Source: Octopus vulgaris
Lineage: Eukaryota
Assembly: GCA_951406725.2 (NCBI GenBank)
Contig: OX597815.1
Span: 107,074,001-107,138,000 of the forward strand
Reading direction: 5' to 3'
DNA length: 64,000 nt
The position numbers and the translations under genes are program-made. This document shows, piece by piece, positions 12,993 to 25,600 of the stretch. Under the pieces are notes generated by a model that worked only from the letters and a program-made list of their open reading frames with translations, did not search any database and had not been told where the DNA came from. Each line of letters begins with the position of its first letter. Position 1 is the stretch's first letter.

Positions 12993-13115
12993 CTTTCTTT
13001 GAGGATTCCAAGAATTTATGTCATTATCATGCCAGTTAGTTGCTGGTCTATATTTGGAAGCCATAGCTGCAGCCCCCCATTGTGTGCCACCGGTATCCCA
13101 ACCATTAGATTTTGC
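12993..13115 (-). CDS. TNRC6: GW182/TNRC6 exon (AKSNGWDTGGTQWGAAAMASKYRPATNWHDNDINSWNPQRK)
   Basis: Acceptor tttgtag|GCA, donor AAG|GTGAG. 123 nt, phase 0/0, open, GW/W-rich. Confidence 0.9.
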
Positions 13116-13653
13116 CTACAAATTAGAGTTGAAATAACCTGCAATTATCAGTTCAATAGAGCTCTTTTCTAACAGTATCATAAAGTAATGAAATTGGTTT
13201 GACAGAATTTTCATTCACTGAGCAGTGAAATTTTGGTGAATTATTATTAAGTTTGAAATCTTATGGTTGACTGATCATCAGGGATTTACTTTCTTTCATT
13301 CAAAATATTCTGACAAAGTATAAAAAGTTTTCAATCCAAAAGTAAAGAAAAGATTTGCCCTCCAATTTTGGAAGATTAAGATCTTTTTTTTTTTGTGTGG
13401 GGAAACTTTTGAACCCTTTTGTCATTGAATATTACTGCTTAAATATTTAGCAGATAAACCTGAAATAGCAATCCAATTCAAAATGACTGAAGTGTCCAGA
13501 TTTCAAATTTGGACATTTGTGCACTTTCATGCATCTCAAAAACGTAAGTGCTTTCAAAACCTCACATTCACAAAACAGTTAAGTGATGTGTAAGAATAGA
13601 AGTAACTGCAATAAGTTGAATCATAAACAGTTCAATCTGAAATGGTTAAATAG

Positions 13654-13692
<39 letters not shown>

Positions 13693-14524
13693 TCACAGGT
13701 ACAACAAAAAGAATTAATCCTATAAAAAGAACAAATATTAGTACAACAGATATACACTGGATAAATAAATGTTACAAGTTATCAAATTTCTTATAAAAAT
13801 AATTACAACATTTAAAGAGAAATTCACAATAAAAATTAACAAATTAAACTTCTTTTGAGAAATGTGAGTTACCATACACACATGCGCACACACACACCCG
13901 TCATTACTTTTACATTATCAATTTAATAACTATTTTCCTATACTGACAATGTTCAATGAGGATTTCTTATATAATTGATGTTTTTTTCTTTTTATTTTAA
14001 AAAAGCTTTCATTTAGATACCACCCTTGAAAATTGGTGTGTACTTCTATGTCAAGTAATGCATTTCATATATTTTAGTTGGGTCAGGCCATTATGTGTAG
14101 ATGGGAAAAGACAACGTTAAGTTGATAATGATGGTAATGAAAATGATGTTTGAAAATTACTTCTCTTTTAACTGCTCAGATCCTAACATTTGATTAGATA
14201 AATAGGTATATCAACACATTTATTTGGTTCTAATGAGTTTTGACTAGTTTCCCTTGCAATATTTTTGAAGAAAACTTTGGATAAGAAAAGAATAATCTGC
14301 CAGACAATGCTACTACATAAAAATGTAACTGAAGTCATTTTATAATACAGAGGCACAATTAAACTAAAGTTAACATAGAAAATAAATAAAATCATGACTT
14401 AACCTCAACTGAACATAAAATTACAACTAAAATCTAGACACATGAATGTAGAGAATGGACTTGATACACAGATATACAAGACTTGGACTGACAAAGAGAC
14501 ATGCATGCCTTTTGGCTTCACTCT

Positions 14525-14660
14525 GATGTGCATGTCTTGACAGATAAGAGCATATTTTGAGAGAGAAATGCACATTTTGAGAGAAGTGCATGTTTTGAGA
14601 GAAAAGTTCATGTCATGACAGAGTAGTGCAAGTCTTGGAAGAAAAGTAGAAATATTGACA
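14525..14660. repeat. Degenerate ~20-22 bp tandem repeat
   Basis: About six units resembling agtgcatgttttgagagaaa. Confidence 0.65.
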
Positions 14661-14918
14661 GTAAAAAAGGCTTAACCTTTACTAGACAAAAATTAATTTT
14701 TGACTTTATAAAGAAATAATACATAGTAGTAATACTCATTACAGGTGTTATATAATTACATCCAAACAGTTTTCATTTACTTCACTCTTCAGTATACAAT
14801 AGGTCAAAGAATTGAAAAAGGCTGTAATTAATAAGTAATGGTTGCAATAGAAGAGATAGATTAATGTACAAAAAAACACAAAAGTTAAAAATAGAAAATA
14901 ATATAAAACTCCACTGAC

Positions 14919-15102
14919 CTGTTGTTGAGCACTTGTGGCCCAAATACTTGTGCCATCATCAGCTTGTGATTTTGGAGGTGCAGGATCTCCCCAGCCAGAA
15001 TTTGCTTGCTTTTGAGGAAGTCCTTTATTCCACTGGTTGTCATCTTTTTGTCTTTGCTGTTGCTGTTGTTGCTGCTGTTGTTGTTGTTGTTGCTGCTGTT
15101 GT

Positions 15103-15134
<32 letters not shown>

Positions 15135-17617
15135 TTGATGTTGTTGATGCTGTTGATGCTGTTGATGCTGTTGTTGTTGTGGTTGTTGCTGCTGCTGCTG
15201 CTGTTGTTGTTGTTGTTGGTGGTGAAGTTGTTGTTGGAGATGTTGAGGTTGCTGAGGGTTAGATAAGTTAGGAAGATTGTTCCAATTCTGAGGTTGAGGT
15301 TGATGTGCTGGATCTCCCCAATACGATGTACCATTGTCAACATCAATATGTCGTCTTTGGGAGGGTGGAGATGGTTCTTCCCAGCCACTGTTTGAGTGCC
15401 CGAAAGATTTTGGCCCTTTGTTAATACCAGCATTGATATTGCCATTATTGGTGCTTGCAGTATGAGTTGCATTCCAGGACCCTGTTTCAGTCTTGTTCCA
15501 GTTTTTAGGCTGCACATTTCCTGTCCCACTTACACTATTTGCAACACCTCCTCCTGTACTGCTGCCAGAGCTGCTGCCTCCTCCACTTGCATTACTGCTG
15601 CTACCACTGCCGCCACCAACACTCCCAGGTCCGCCATTGCTGCTACTCCACATCCCAACATTCTTATCACTGTTGTTGCTGCCAATGTTTGGTTGTGGTC
15701 CAGTAGATTGGTTGTTGCCATTGTTACGAATAGGAATGCTTCCCATAATGCTGCTGCTATTATTATTGGCAACATTGTTATTACCCTGGGCATTATTACT
15801 GCAACTACTGTTGTTGCCGCTATTATTGTTGCTACTGCTAAGGATGATGTTGCTATTGCTTGCTCCTCCACTAATAGTAATATTATTGTTACTTCCCACA
15901 GGATTACTCCCAATTCCACTCCCACTACTGCCTGCACTACTACACCGGACAGGGTTATTGCTAGCAGTGTTGCCAACACTAGCATTACCTATAGCACCTG
16001 AGTTGGTTTTATTGGATTTATCACCCCAGGTATTTGTATTGTCTGATTCATGATGAAACCCTGACACACCAGGTCTGCCAGCAGTACCATACCAGATTGC
16101 AGTACCATCTTTAGTTGCTTCCCAAACAGCAGTTCCATTTGTGCTGCCATTATTCCACACATTTGATTCCTCTTCAAATTTTCGCTTAGATTTGGGCGAG
16201 AATTGCACAACCCAGGTATTGTCTTGCCTGATTGGTCGTGATCCCCAGCCTTCGTTGCTTTCAATGAGCCGTTTTATCTCATCTCGTTGAGAAGAGATGG
16301 ATGACCGAGATCCATTATTTCCAGCAGTAGAATTTCCACTAGTGGAATTTGGAGTGGAAGAAATATTGAGTCCCTTTCCAGCAGCTTGTGCCCATGTACT
16401 GGGCTGCGATTTGGGTGGATTTGACGATGAAGATGAAGATGACGAAGATGATGAAGAACCTCCTCCTCCTACTCCTTGGTGGTTGGTGGTATTGTTGCTA
16501 TTGCTATTGTTACTGTTAGGTGTGTTGCTGTTCCACTGGTTACCACTTACTGGTGGTTGGCTGATGCTGCGTTGTCCAGTGTTACTACTCCAATCTGAAC
16601 TGACACTAGTGGCAGGTGAAACAGCACGGTCCCAGTTGTTGGGGTTTTTCTTTGTATTCCCACTATTGGCACTCGACAACACACTCCAGTTGGTGGAGGT
16701 CTCTCCAGAATTCTGCTGACATGTGTTATCACTCTGTTTATCTGTCAAAGACCCATCTCCCTGATTGTTTATCATTAATGGTCGATTATTCTGATTATTA
16801 ACACTATTCCAGCTGGGTTCACTGCAACCAGTACCACGAAGTGAAGAAATAGCTGGTGGTGGCATGATAGTCTGGTTAACACCCTGCCACAATAACTGAT
16901 TGCCACCATGTCCTCTTGACTGGCAGCCACCCTGAGGTTCACTTGTACTGAGTGAAGCACCATTATTAGGTACAGATCTGTTGTGACTGTTCATGTCTCC
17001 TGTGCCAGAACTATGTTGCATCAGCTGTATGGCTGTGTTTGGTGGACGACCCATTCCGCCGCCACCAGCACCACCACTATTACCACCGCCACCACCCTGA
17101 GAAGCAGGTCCTCCCCATGCCATACTGGGGATGTTACTTGTAGCAAAAGAATTCATGGAACTACCATCACTTCCAGCAGAACCAGAGCGAAGTTGCATAT
17201 TATGGCCTTGGCTATTCATCGAAAGACTGTGAGGTAGGGTACCCCATCCTGCATTGTTGAGATTGGCAGCAGAACTATTAGAGATGCTCCCAGCATTCCA
17301 AGTGTGTCTTTCAAGTCCATTATAATTGGGATTTGAGCTCCACGCGGAAGCACTTTGACCTTGCATGGCACTTGATCCCTGACTGGTCTCAAGACCTTGG
17401 TTTTGGTAGCTTGAGCTAGATATCACAGATCCTGAACTAACGGAACCATAATTACCTCCAAAAGGAGAGGTTCTGTTCCAGTATTTGTTTCTGGTTGAAG
17501 GCCAAACCTCCTTATTCCTTTTTTCAACAAGTAAATCGTTGCTTGTTTGCCACCCTAGTCCTGGATTGTTGTGCCAGGTACTTGCTTTCTGAATCTTGTC
17601 ATTTGAAGAGACAGAAT
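14919..17617 (-). CDS. TNRC6: GW182/TNRC6 large exon (2699 nt): N-terminal GW/W-rich Argonaute-binding domain with polyQ
   Basis: ORF 14748-17651. Acceptor tttatttttacag|AT, donor CAG|GTCAGT. Family motifs STWAQAAGKGL, EGWGSRPIRQDNTW, TNGTAVWE, SGWEEPSPPSQRRHIDVDNGTSYWGDP (Ago-hook-like) and DDGTSIW. Confidence 0.95.
15054..15250 (-). repeat. Coding CAG/CAA/CAT repeat (polyQ with H and P interruptions)
   Basis: Uninterrupted Q codons at 15054-15137 (28 codons by coordinate), preceded by QQH units and another Q run. Confidence 0.95.
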
Positions 17618-19096
17618 CTGTAAAAATAAAAGAAAAAGAAAACATAAACAAATAAAATATATTATAATTACAAGAATATTATTCATTTCTGTATTCTATA
17701 AATCTGAAAGCAAACTAAGATGCATAGGAAAATGGAAAACTTCATAAATTTTTAATGACAGAAATACCATTTTTCACAGTATTTTAAAACCATGAAAGTA
17801 TATTTATCTTTCAAAATTTGTTTTGAATATAAGCATCTATGTACAAAAACTGAAGGTAATTATCAATATATTTCATTTATTGCCTTGTATAATTTTATAC
17901 AAACAGGGAAAATGTTTCCCCTTTGTAGCAGCTTTAAATTAGTATACAATCATTGTTTTCTAAAATTATGGGACTATTGAATACTATGTATGTAGTTGTT
18001 AATGCTGAGTAGCCTTACTAGCTTTCCTAGCAAACTTACAGCTTCAAGGTACCATAAGTTTGCTAGGAAATGTTAGGGTATGTCCAGTGCATCAGACACA
18101 CTCTGATAATAAGGTTTCAGCCAGGTCTGCAGCAGGCTTTTTTTATTTAGAATTTAGTTGTGTGGTAAGAAAGGCTTGCTGGTTGAGGCAGTATTATGAC
18201 TAAGTTCTGATTATGATTGACAAACAATATACTTTTGGCAGAGTTGATTTCTCAATGATATATTTGAATAACCATAGAACCAACATTCATAATAAGTTAA
18301 TTATTTGTTTGATAGTTAGATATTTAATGATTTTACACAAACCTTGTTTCTGTAATTAATATCAAACATCACTATTATTTTACTGCTAAATTTACTCAAT
18401 TCTAAAAGAATAGTGTAATAATTTATGTTCTTTGCCTATACCCAAGTAACATAATGAACATACACAAATGGCACTTAGGAATATATTCATGTTATTTTTA
18501 GTTTTTTTTCTTCTTTCTTTCTAAAAGTGGTGTTGTGCACATGCACAAAGAAAAAAAAAAAAATAATAATAATTGTTCCTGAAAAATAAAGAGATCTGAA
18601 ACAGAGGATTCTTGAAATTGGTAACAGAAACAACTGAAGGCATAAGTGAAACTATCAAAAAATAAAATAAATAAAATAAAATTAATCATCAAAGTATTAA
18701 ACAATTTTTCTTACATGTAAAATATTCATAAACTAAACTGATCCCTTCAAAGGGAAAACAGTGATACAAGGTTAAAAGAGATAGGGGTAAGGAAAACATT
18801 AAAATCCCTTAACAGATTTCAGTCACACTCCTTGTCAAACATTAAGACAAAACAAGGTACTATTCAGATATGGAAGGTAAACCCCAGGGAAAGATCAGTT
18901 TAGCAAGGAAAGATACCTTGAAAATTAGATGTAAGTATATAGTAATAAAACAAAAATGCAGGTACACAAGTTTTCTATGAGTCAACATAATATATAGTTG
19001 ACATAATTATTGCACTGTTGCCAATAACAGACAATTTAATGTTAAATTTATCTCTAATATTTTAAGAGAGTCCTAACAATCTTCAAGGAAATATAC

Positions 19097-19202
19097 CTGC
19101 TGACATTCCAGGGATGTGTCCTTGAAAGCCTTCTAGATTCATCTGGCACTCTGCCAGACTTTTTCCTTTGCCATGTGGGTTGTGTGGAGACCCGCACAGC
19201 AT
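19097..19202 (-). CDS. TNRC6: GW182/TNRC6 putative first coding exon (whole exon 19097-19263; ATG at 19202, MLCGSPHNPH...GMSA)
   Basis: Acceptor tatttattgcactacag|G at 19263 and donor CAG|GTATAT at 19097. The phase-1 end joins the next exon in frame (GCA G|AT). The start codon is inferred and the peptide has no recognisable motif. Confidence 0.6.
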
Positions 19203-22200
19203 TACACTTACTTTCAAGGTGGGAAGCTGTGTGCAAGAGTTGGGGAGACAAGCCAAATTTTTCCTGTAGTGCAATAAATACAAATTTTGGTTTATAAATA
19301 GAAATTTTCAATAAGGTAGGAATGAATTATCTAACATAACAGTGAAGTTCATATTACAAATAATCTTTAATATCAGAATGCATTATTCTATTGCCAGTAA
19401 GATATAAGCAAAAGATTTTAACATTAAATAACTGAATTTTAGCATGTATAATAATTGATAAAACTACAAATAGATAATATTTTCAAGACTAAAGTATACG
19501 TAACACTATTGAAATTGCAAAAAAAATAAAATAATCTGACAAAATGAAATCTTACAGCAGATCGTCGATATGAAATGACAGCTAAGTAAAAATGAAATCT
19601 TTCAAAATGGAAAAAAAAAAATGTCCCTTAGCACAGAAAGAAGGATATAAAGTAGTCCCTTATGTACAAAAGAGGATAGTCATGGCTGGAACACCTTTGA
19701 GTGTAAGTTAATTTGACCTGAGTTAACAACAAACTGAGAATTTTAAAAGATGAAAACCTAGAAAACATTCTCACCCAAAAGGTTGTTGCCATTTTAAAAT
19801 ATATTACTTTCTATAAGGTTACTTGTAAAAATACTATTTGAAGATCTTAAAAATCAGTTAAAAACCCTCTTGGAAGAGAGATACATATATTTAAAAGTAA
19901 CTTCTACAACATGAATGCAATGTTTTTCCACTTTATATATATATATTATATTGTGACTATCTTCAATTATTATAGCTATCTATTTTGAAGTTTATTTATA
20001 ATATGTGAGGCTGAAGACTGATCTAAAGTACTTTATGCTCCACACATAAAATTCTTGGCTGCCATCACACAAGTTTTGTATTCTATTAGTAAAATAAACA
20101 TACATTTTTTTTTCTAATTTACTGTAACTGAACCTTTCATAAAATCAATTAAATTATCCATTTTGATTACACTATACAAATAGAATTCTGAAATTAAGCA
20201 ATCCTAAGCTGGATGAATAGCCATACATCATATGTATAAAACTATGAAATTAGTCTCCTAGAACACATGTAATTTTACAAACGCATTTTATGAAAAAAAA
20301 AATTCTATATTATTCTGTATGAATCTAAACAATCTGCACATAACCTCCTTTTAATAAATAATTAGATGAATCCAACCTATTGTTTCATAATGGAATATAT
20401 CTTAAGGGAAGAGCAACAAAAATATATGCATTGAAAAACAGATTTCAATTTAGATTCCATTAAATTCAATAACTCTTGGTTTGTTGCCAGCACAAAATTT
20501 ATTTAGCTTGTTTATAATGTTGGTGAGAAAACCAACATTATAAAAAAATATATATCAATATAGAATTTAATGGAAATATTCACTTGAGTTTTATGGTTGT
20601 AGTTTAAGTTAGTTTTCATATCTATATAAGTTCTTCTTTACCTATAATAAACTTACAAATATATCAATTTATATTGGTTTTATTCTAGCGTACATTTCTA
20701 CTCACCAAGGCTGAATGTTGTTAAAATATACAGTTAGATACTAATTTTTTGTAAAACACATAATGATGTACATCCAAAGCTAAATAGCTTTAACCGAGAA
20801 TACAGCAGAAAACACTTGCTAAAATGTACTGCGCAGTAGGACTGAACCTGAAACCACATGGCTGAGAAACACACTTCTTAACCACACACAAACATACATA
20901 TACACATTTACAGATATTCCAGCCTGCATATATATGTTATTGCTATAAAGAATAATTTGAAGTAGCATAGTTTAGCCATAAACCACATAATCTACAGAGT
21001 GATTTGGGTTAGGATTAACCCATTTTTAGGAATCTGGAGGAGTCAGAATTCCTAAACTTATCCACTAGGTTGATGACCCTGTCAGAGAATCAAAATATTG
21101 AACCTGTAATATTGAAGGAATATTGCTATAATATCATTAATTAGACATAATTTTTTTTATCTTTTTGTACAAAACTTATTTTCAGATAAAAGCAATTACT
21201 GGATTATTAAGTAAAGAATATTAAAAAATTTCCAAAATTGTTTGCTTAAATCTTCCTAAAAGCAAGCATTAAATATTTTAAGGATGAAAACCTAAGAGAC
21301 AGTAGTCATAACCACAATGCATTAAAGATATTTCATCATTATTGATATCAACAACTATAGGTTATTAGAGGACTTAGATATATCCTGAGCCTAATATGTA
21401 TAAATTGTTTAATTAGTAATTAGTTTTCTACTAATCATGTAATACTCTCTTAGTATAAGACTGAAGTGTTGAAAATAATAGGCTATGCAATTTGTTTTGT
21501 TGTATGTCAGCAATTGGTTAGGACTAAATTGTTTCTTAGCTCAGGAAAATAAAAAATTCAGAATGTTTGTTTACTTCTGCTATGAATAAAGGTTTACAGG
21601 ATTTGCACAACTTAAAGTTGGCTGTGTGTGTATGTGTGTGTGTGATTGCATGCAAAATACTAGCAATTTACATTGTGATACCATTGATGCACATTCTGTA
21701 TCAACACAAAATGCATTTATCTACATACACTCACAGAATGCCAGAAAACAGAAATAAAGCAAAAGTAATTTTTTTTACTACAGATGTAGTCAGAATACCA
21801 ATCCTACAAATTGGTGCTTTTAATGTGATAATTTAAGCAAAGAAGGGATTTAAATGAGCTTAGAGCTTAACAATGGGTTTTGATTGTCCATATCTCATGC
21901 CCAACAAAGCACTGCTTCCATGAATGGAGACAAAAAAAATTTTTTTTTCAATCAGTACATTTATCGAGGAAACAAAATTTTGCACTGTAACTACCCTGAA
22001 AATGAACAAGCCTAACAATTAAAATCCTGTAAGTCACTACAAATGCTAGACCTCATTATCTTTCATGATTTAACACACCACATCTCCACCATGTGACAAA
22101 GCACTGCATTTCCAAGTACTGAGATTGCAATTTTTTTCCTATAACAAGACTTGAAAATATATTGTGCATCCCAGAGAACGTAGGCTACATTTTTCATAAG

Positions 22201-22584
22201 TTAATTTTAACCCCAAAGGAAGGCAACAATTTGAACTCTTGTATATGGACACTGAGTGAATTATATAAATTATTGCTCAAGATAATAAATAAATGAAAAG
22301 TCACATTTACAAAAATATAATTTACTCCTTGTTGGCAATGACATGAGCCAACTGACTAATAGTACACAAACATTAAAACAAAACAAAGCCATATGCCCTA
22401 ATTACAAAAGATATATTTAACAAACTTGATAATTCATATTAGGAAACAAGATAAAATATTAAAAAATTAGAGATGGATTTTAAAACAAAAAGCTCATGTT
22501 ATGAACTGCATTTAAAACTGTTGCTGATTGGTGCTTACAATAAAATCATTCTGCTTATGTTTTGTGTGTGTTTGTATATATATA

Positions 22585-22623
<39 letters not shown>

Positions 22624-25600
22624 ACCAGTGATGCATTAACATCATAATCTCCTAAGATAAACATATCCCTCCACATATATTGTAAACAACACCAACTTTT
22701 CATCAATTTCCATTAGTGCTCTAGTTCATCATTGCTATCTGTATATGGGATGATAGTTCTTTATAATAAACTAATTAATACATCAAAGCAGTATATTGTA
22801 ACATAAAATAGAAATGCTTAATAGTGAAGTAACCAACCAAAGTGATGATATTTCATGTTTTAATCTCTTTTTTTAGAAACTGCTGTAGTCTATTGAAAAA
22901 AAAAAAAACAGCTGATATAAATGTTGGTTGGTTGGTTGAGTTCTCCAGTCACATTTTACATCCCATTAAGAGATGAGGAGGAGAGAGAGTAAAAGAGAGA
23001 TATTAGAGAGAGTTTGTTTTGGTCCCTAGTGCTCTGAATTAAATTCCTGCCAACTTTAACTTTTGTCAGTTCATCTCTTCTTAAGTATCAACTATTACTT
23101 TCTCTCTTCCTCTTTCTCTCAAAGAAACTGGCAGTGGTTAGACCTGGAGAAAGATGGATTCAGCCAGATTTAGCTGTATGACCTATGCTATGTTAAAGTA
23201 GATGCTATTTGGGCTACAGCACTAAAGCCATGAATCTATTAATATAATTCAATTACATATCAGTGGGAGTTGAGTCCCACTTTAGTACAGCACCAATGTT
23301 TTATATAGATAAGTGATTTATATTATATTTCCAATTTGTGTAATTTTCTTTTTATTTCTTTTCTTAATATATATACTTCAATGAAAGGGAATATTATTTA
23401 AAGAAATGAGCAATGTATTTGTGATAAAAAAAAAAAGTCTGAAACAAATTCAAGGTGTTCATAACAAATTAAACCAAGCCATAAAGAACAGAGAATCAGA
23501 AAGAGGAAAAATACTAACAGAAAATTCTACCTTTCCAAATTGTGTTGGCCCTGAGGTGCATAAATTTCAGTTTATCAACCATGCCAACTAGAAATTTTTA
23601 AAACAATACTAGAAGCCGCAAATAGCTAATTTGATAGCTAGAATGTAACGCTATCAGAAGACGAAATAAAGGAAAGTATATGCTGCATTTTTGAAATGAA
23701 AGAAAAAACATTTGAAATAAAGCATACATGAGGGGGGAAGAAGCAAACTGCCAAGGAACCAATGACTGACGCCAGCTGCATATTATAATCTATGCTTATG
23801 CAAAGCCTACAAAAAGATATGATTTAATAAGCATCATGCATATTACTAAAAAGAGCAGGGAAAATAGAGGAACAATCAAATACACACATAGGCATACACA
23901 CATTTATATATATACCACTGATCTTCATTCTGACTCATTATATCATATAATATGCTGGCCATGAAACAAGGGATAGCACTAGACCTACTTGTATTCAATC
24001 TCCATTTACAACCACCATCCTTCTTTCTTAACCTCTTTTTCCTACCATGAGATCTATCAGATCTATTTGTACCCAATGCACCCTAACACCACCCCATTTG
24101 TGATAAGTCATATTATAATTCCCCCTCTTTGGGCCACTTGGTATTCACATCTATCACTCTCTTATTCAGCTCTATTACTATCCCTCGCTCTTTTCTTCTC
24201 AACCATCCTTCACTCTAATTACACTATCATCCTCTTTAGTCTTACAGAATAAAGATAACCTCACTAATGCAGGTGCCATGATAAAATGCACCCAGTATAC
24301 TCTGTAAAAGTGATTGTAAAATGAGTGGAGACAAGCACAGGATCAACGGGACTCTTTCGTAATGTTGAAGGTATAACAATTTCTCTAATATGAGTGCCAC
24401 AATTAATGTGCCCAGTACACACTGTAAAGGGACGAGTGATAGAAAAGGCATTCAACCAGACACCAAGTCAAGAATGAAATGTATGAATGAGATGTGGGCC
24501 TGTGACCAGTCTAGGATGGTGGTAACTCTGAAAAGTATAGACTGGAGTTGGGTGTGAATCTGATCTTTAGCAGCACAGTGACAATTTTAGACAGGTTTTG
24601 GTCTTTTTAAATGTCACAAACAATCTGTTACTACAGATTTTAGATAAAGTAGACAAGTATAGAATATTTTTGTAAACAAACAAAAAAATGTTGGGGTAAA
24701 ATATTCTGCTGCATAAAATTTTAATGGTAAAATGGGCACCAGCATATTTCGTAAAGAAAACTCATTTATATACGTGTGTATAAATAAAAACAGTAAGCAC
24801 TGTGGGAAGTCCTAGGACTCATGGAGCATTTAGCTAGTTTCCATGACATAAATCATTGAGAGCATGACATTTCACCTGTACAAGACCCCAGTCCATCACA
24901 GAGTGTATACACACACACACACACACATGCATAGATGCATGCATACATACACCACTTTCAATCTATGGTTCAACTACTCTAAATTTCCTCACTTCTTGCA
25001 CATTCTGCATAGAAATTTGAATGTACAAGTAACAGGAAACCCAAAGCAGCTTCAGAGAACTCACTTGAATTAATATACTATATGTACTGATTCATTTTCC
25101 TTGCTCATTTGTATATTCAAACACACACATACACATACATGATATAAGCCTATAGCTTCTGATTATCCTCTACAGGAAACTTACCAAAATTCAAAGCAGA
25201 TTCATACGGCCATTTGGTCATCCCTGCAGGAATCAAAAGTGCACATGTAACATAATTAAGAGAATATAAGATAGATTTAAAAGAAACAGAAACTGCTTGA
25301 ACCTTATAATTGTATTCCCAAGAGAACAAGAATGAAAAATGACAGAAAAAATTATCAAAGCTGAAGATAACCAAAATAGGTTAAAAAATAAAATTATCTT
25401 AGATGAACTACACAATTAGAATCGTCCAGATATGAACAATGCAATAAATACAAATAATATATAAACACTTTGCTTGAGAAATCCCCTGTAAATATATATA
25501 TATATATATATATATTAGGTTTTTTTCTTTTTCATTCCCCCAAATGATATAAGCATTTATGTACATATAGTAAATACATAGGCTGACCACTAGTAAGTTC

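Noticed and set aside
14885-17237. Overlapping plus-strand and alternative-frame ORFs (poly-L, V, A, N)
   Set aside because: By-products of low-complexity trinucleotide coding sequence in the GW182 exon, with no independent motifs.
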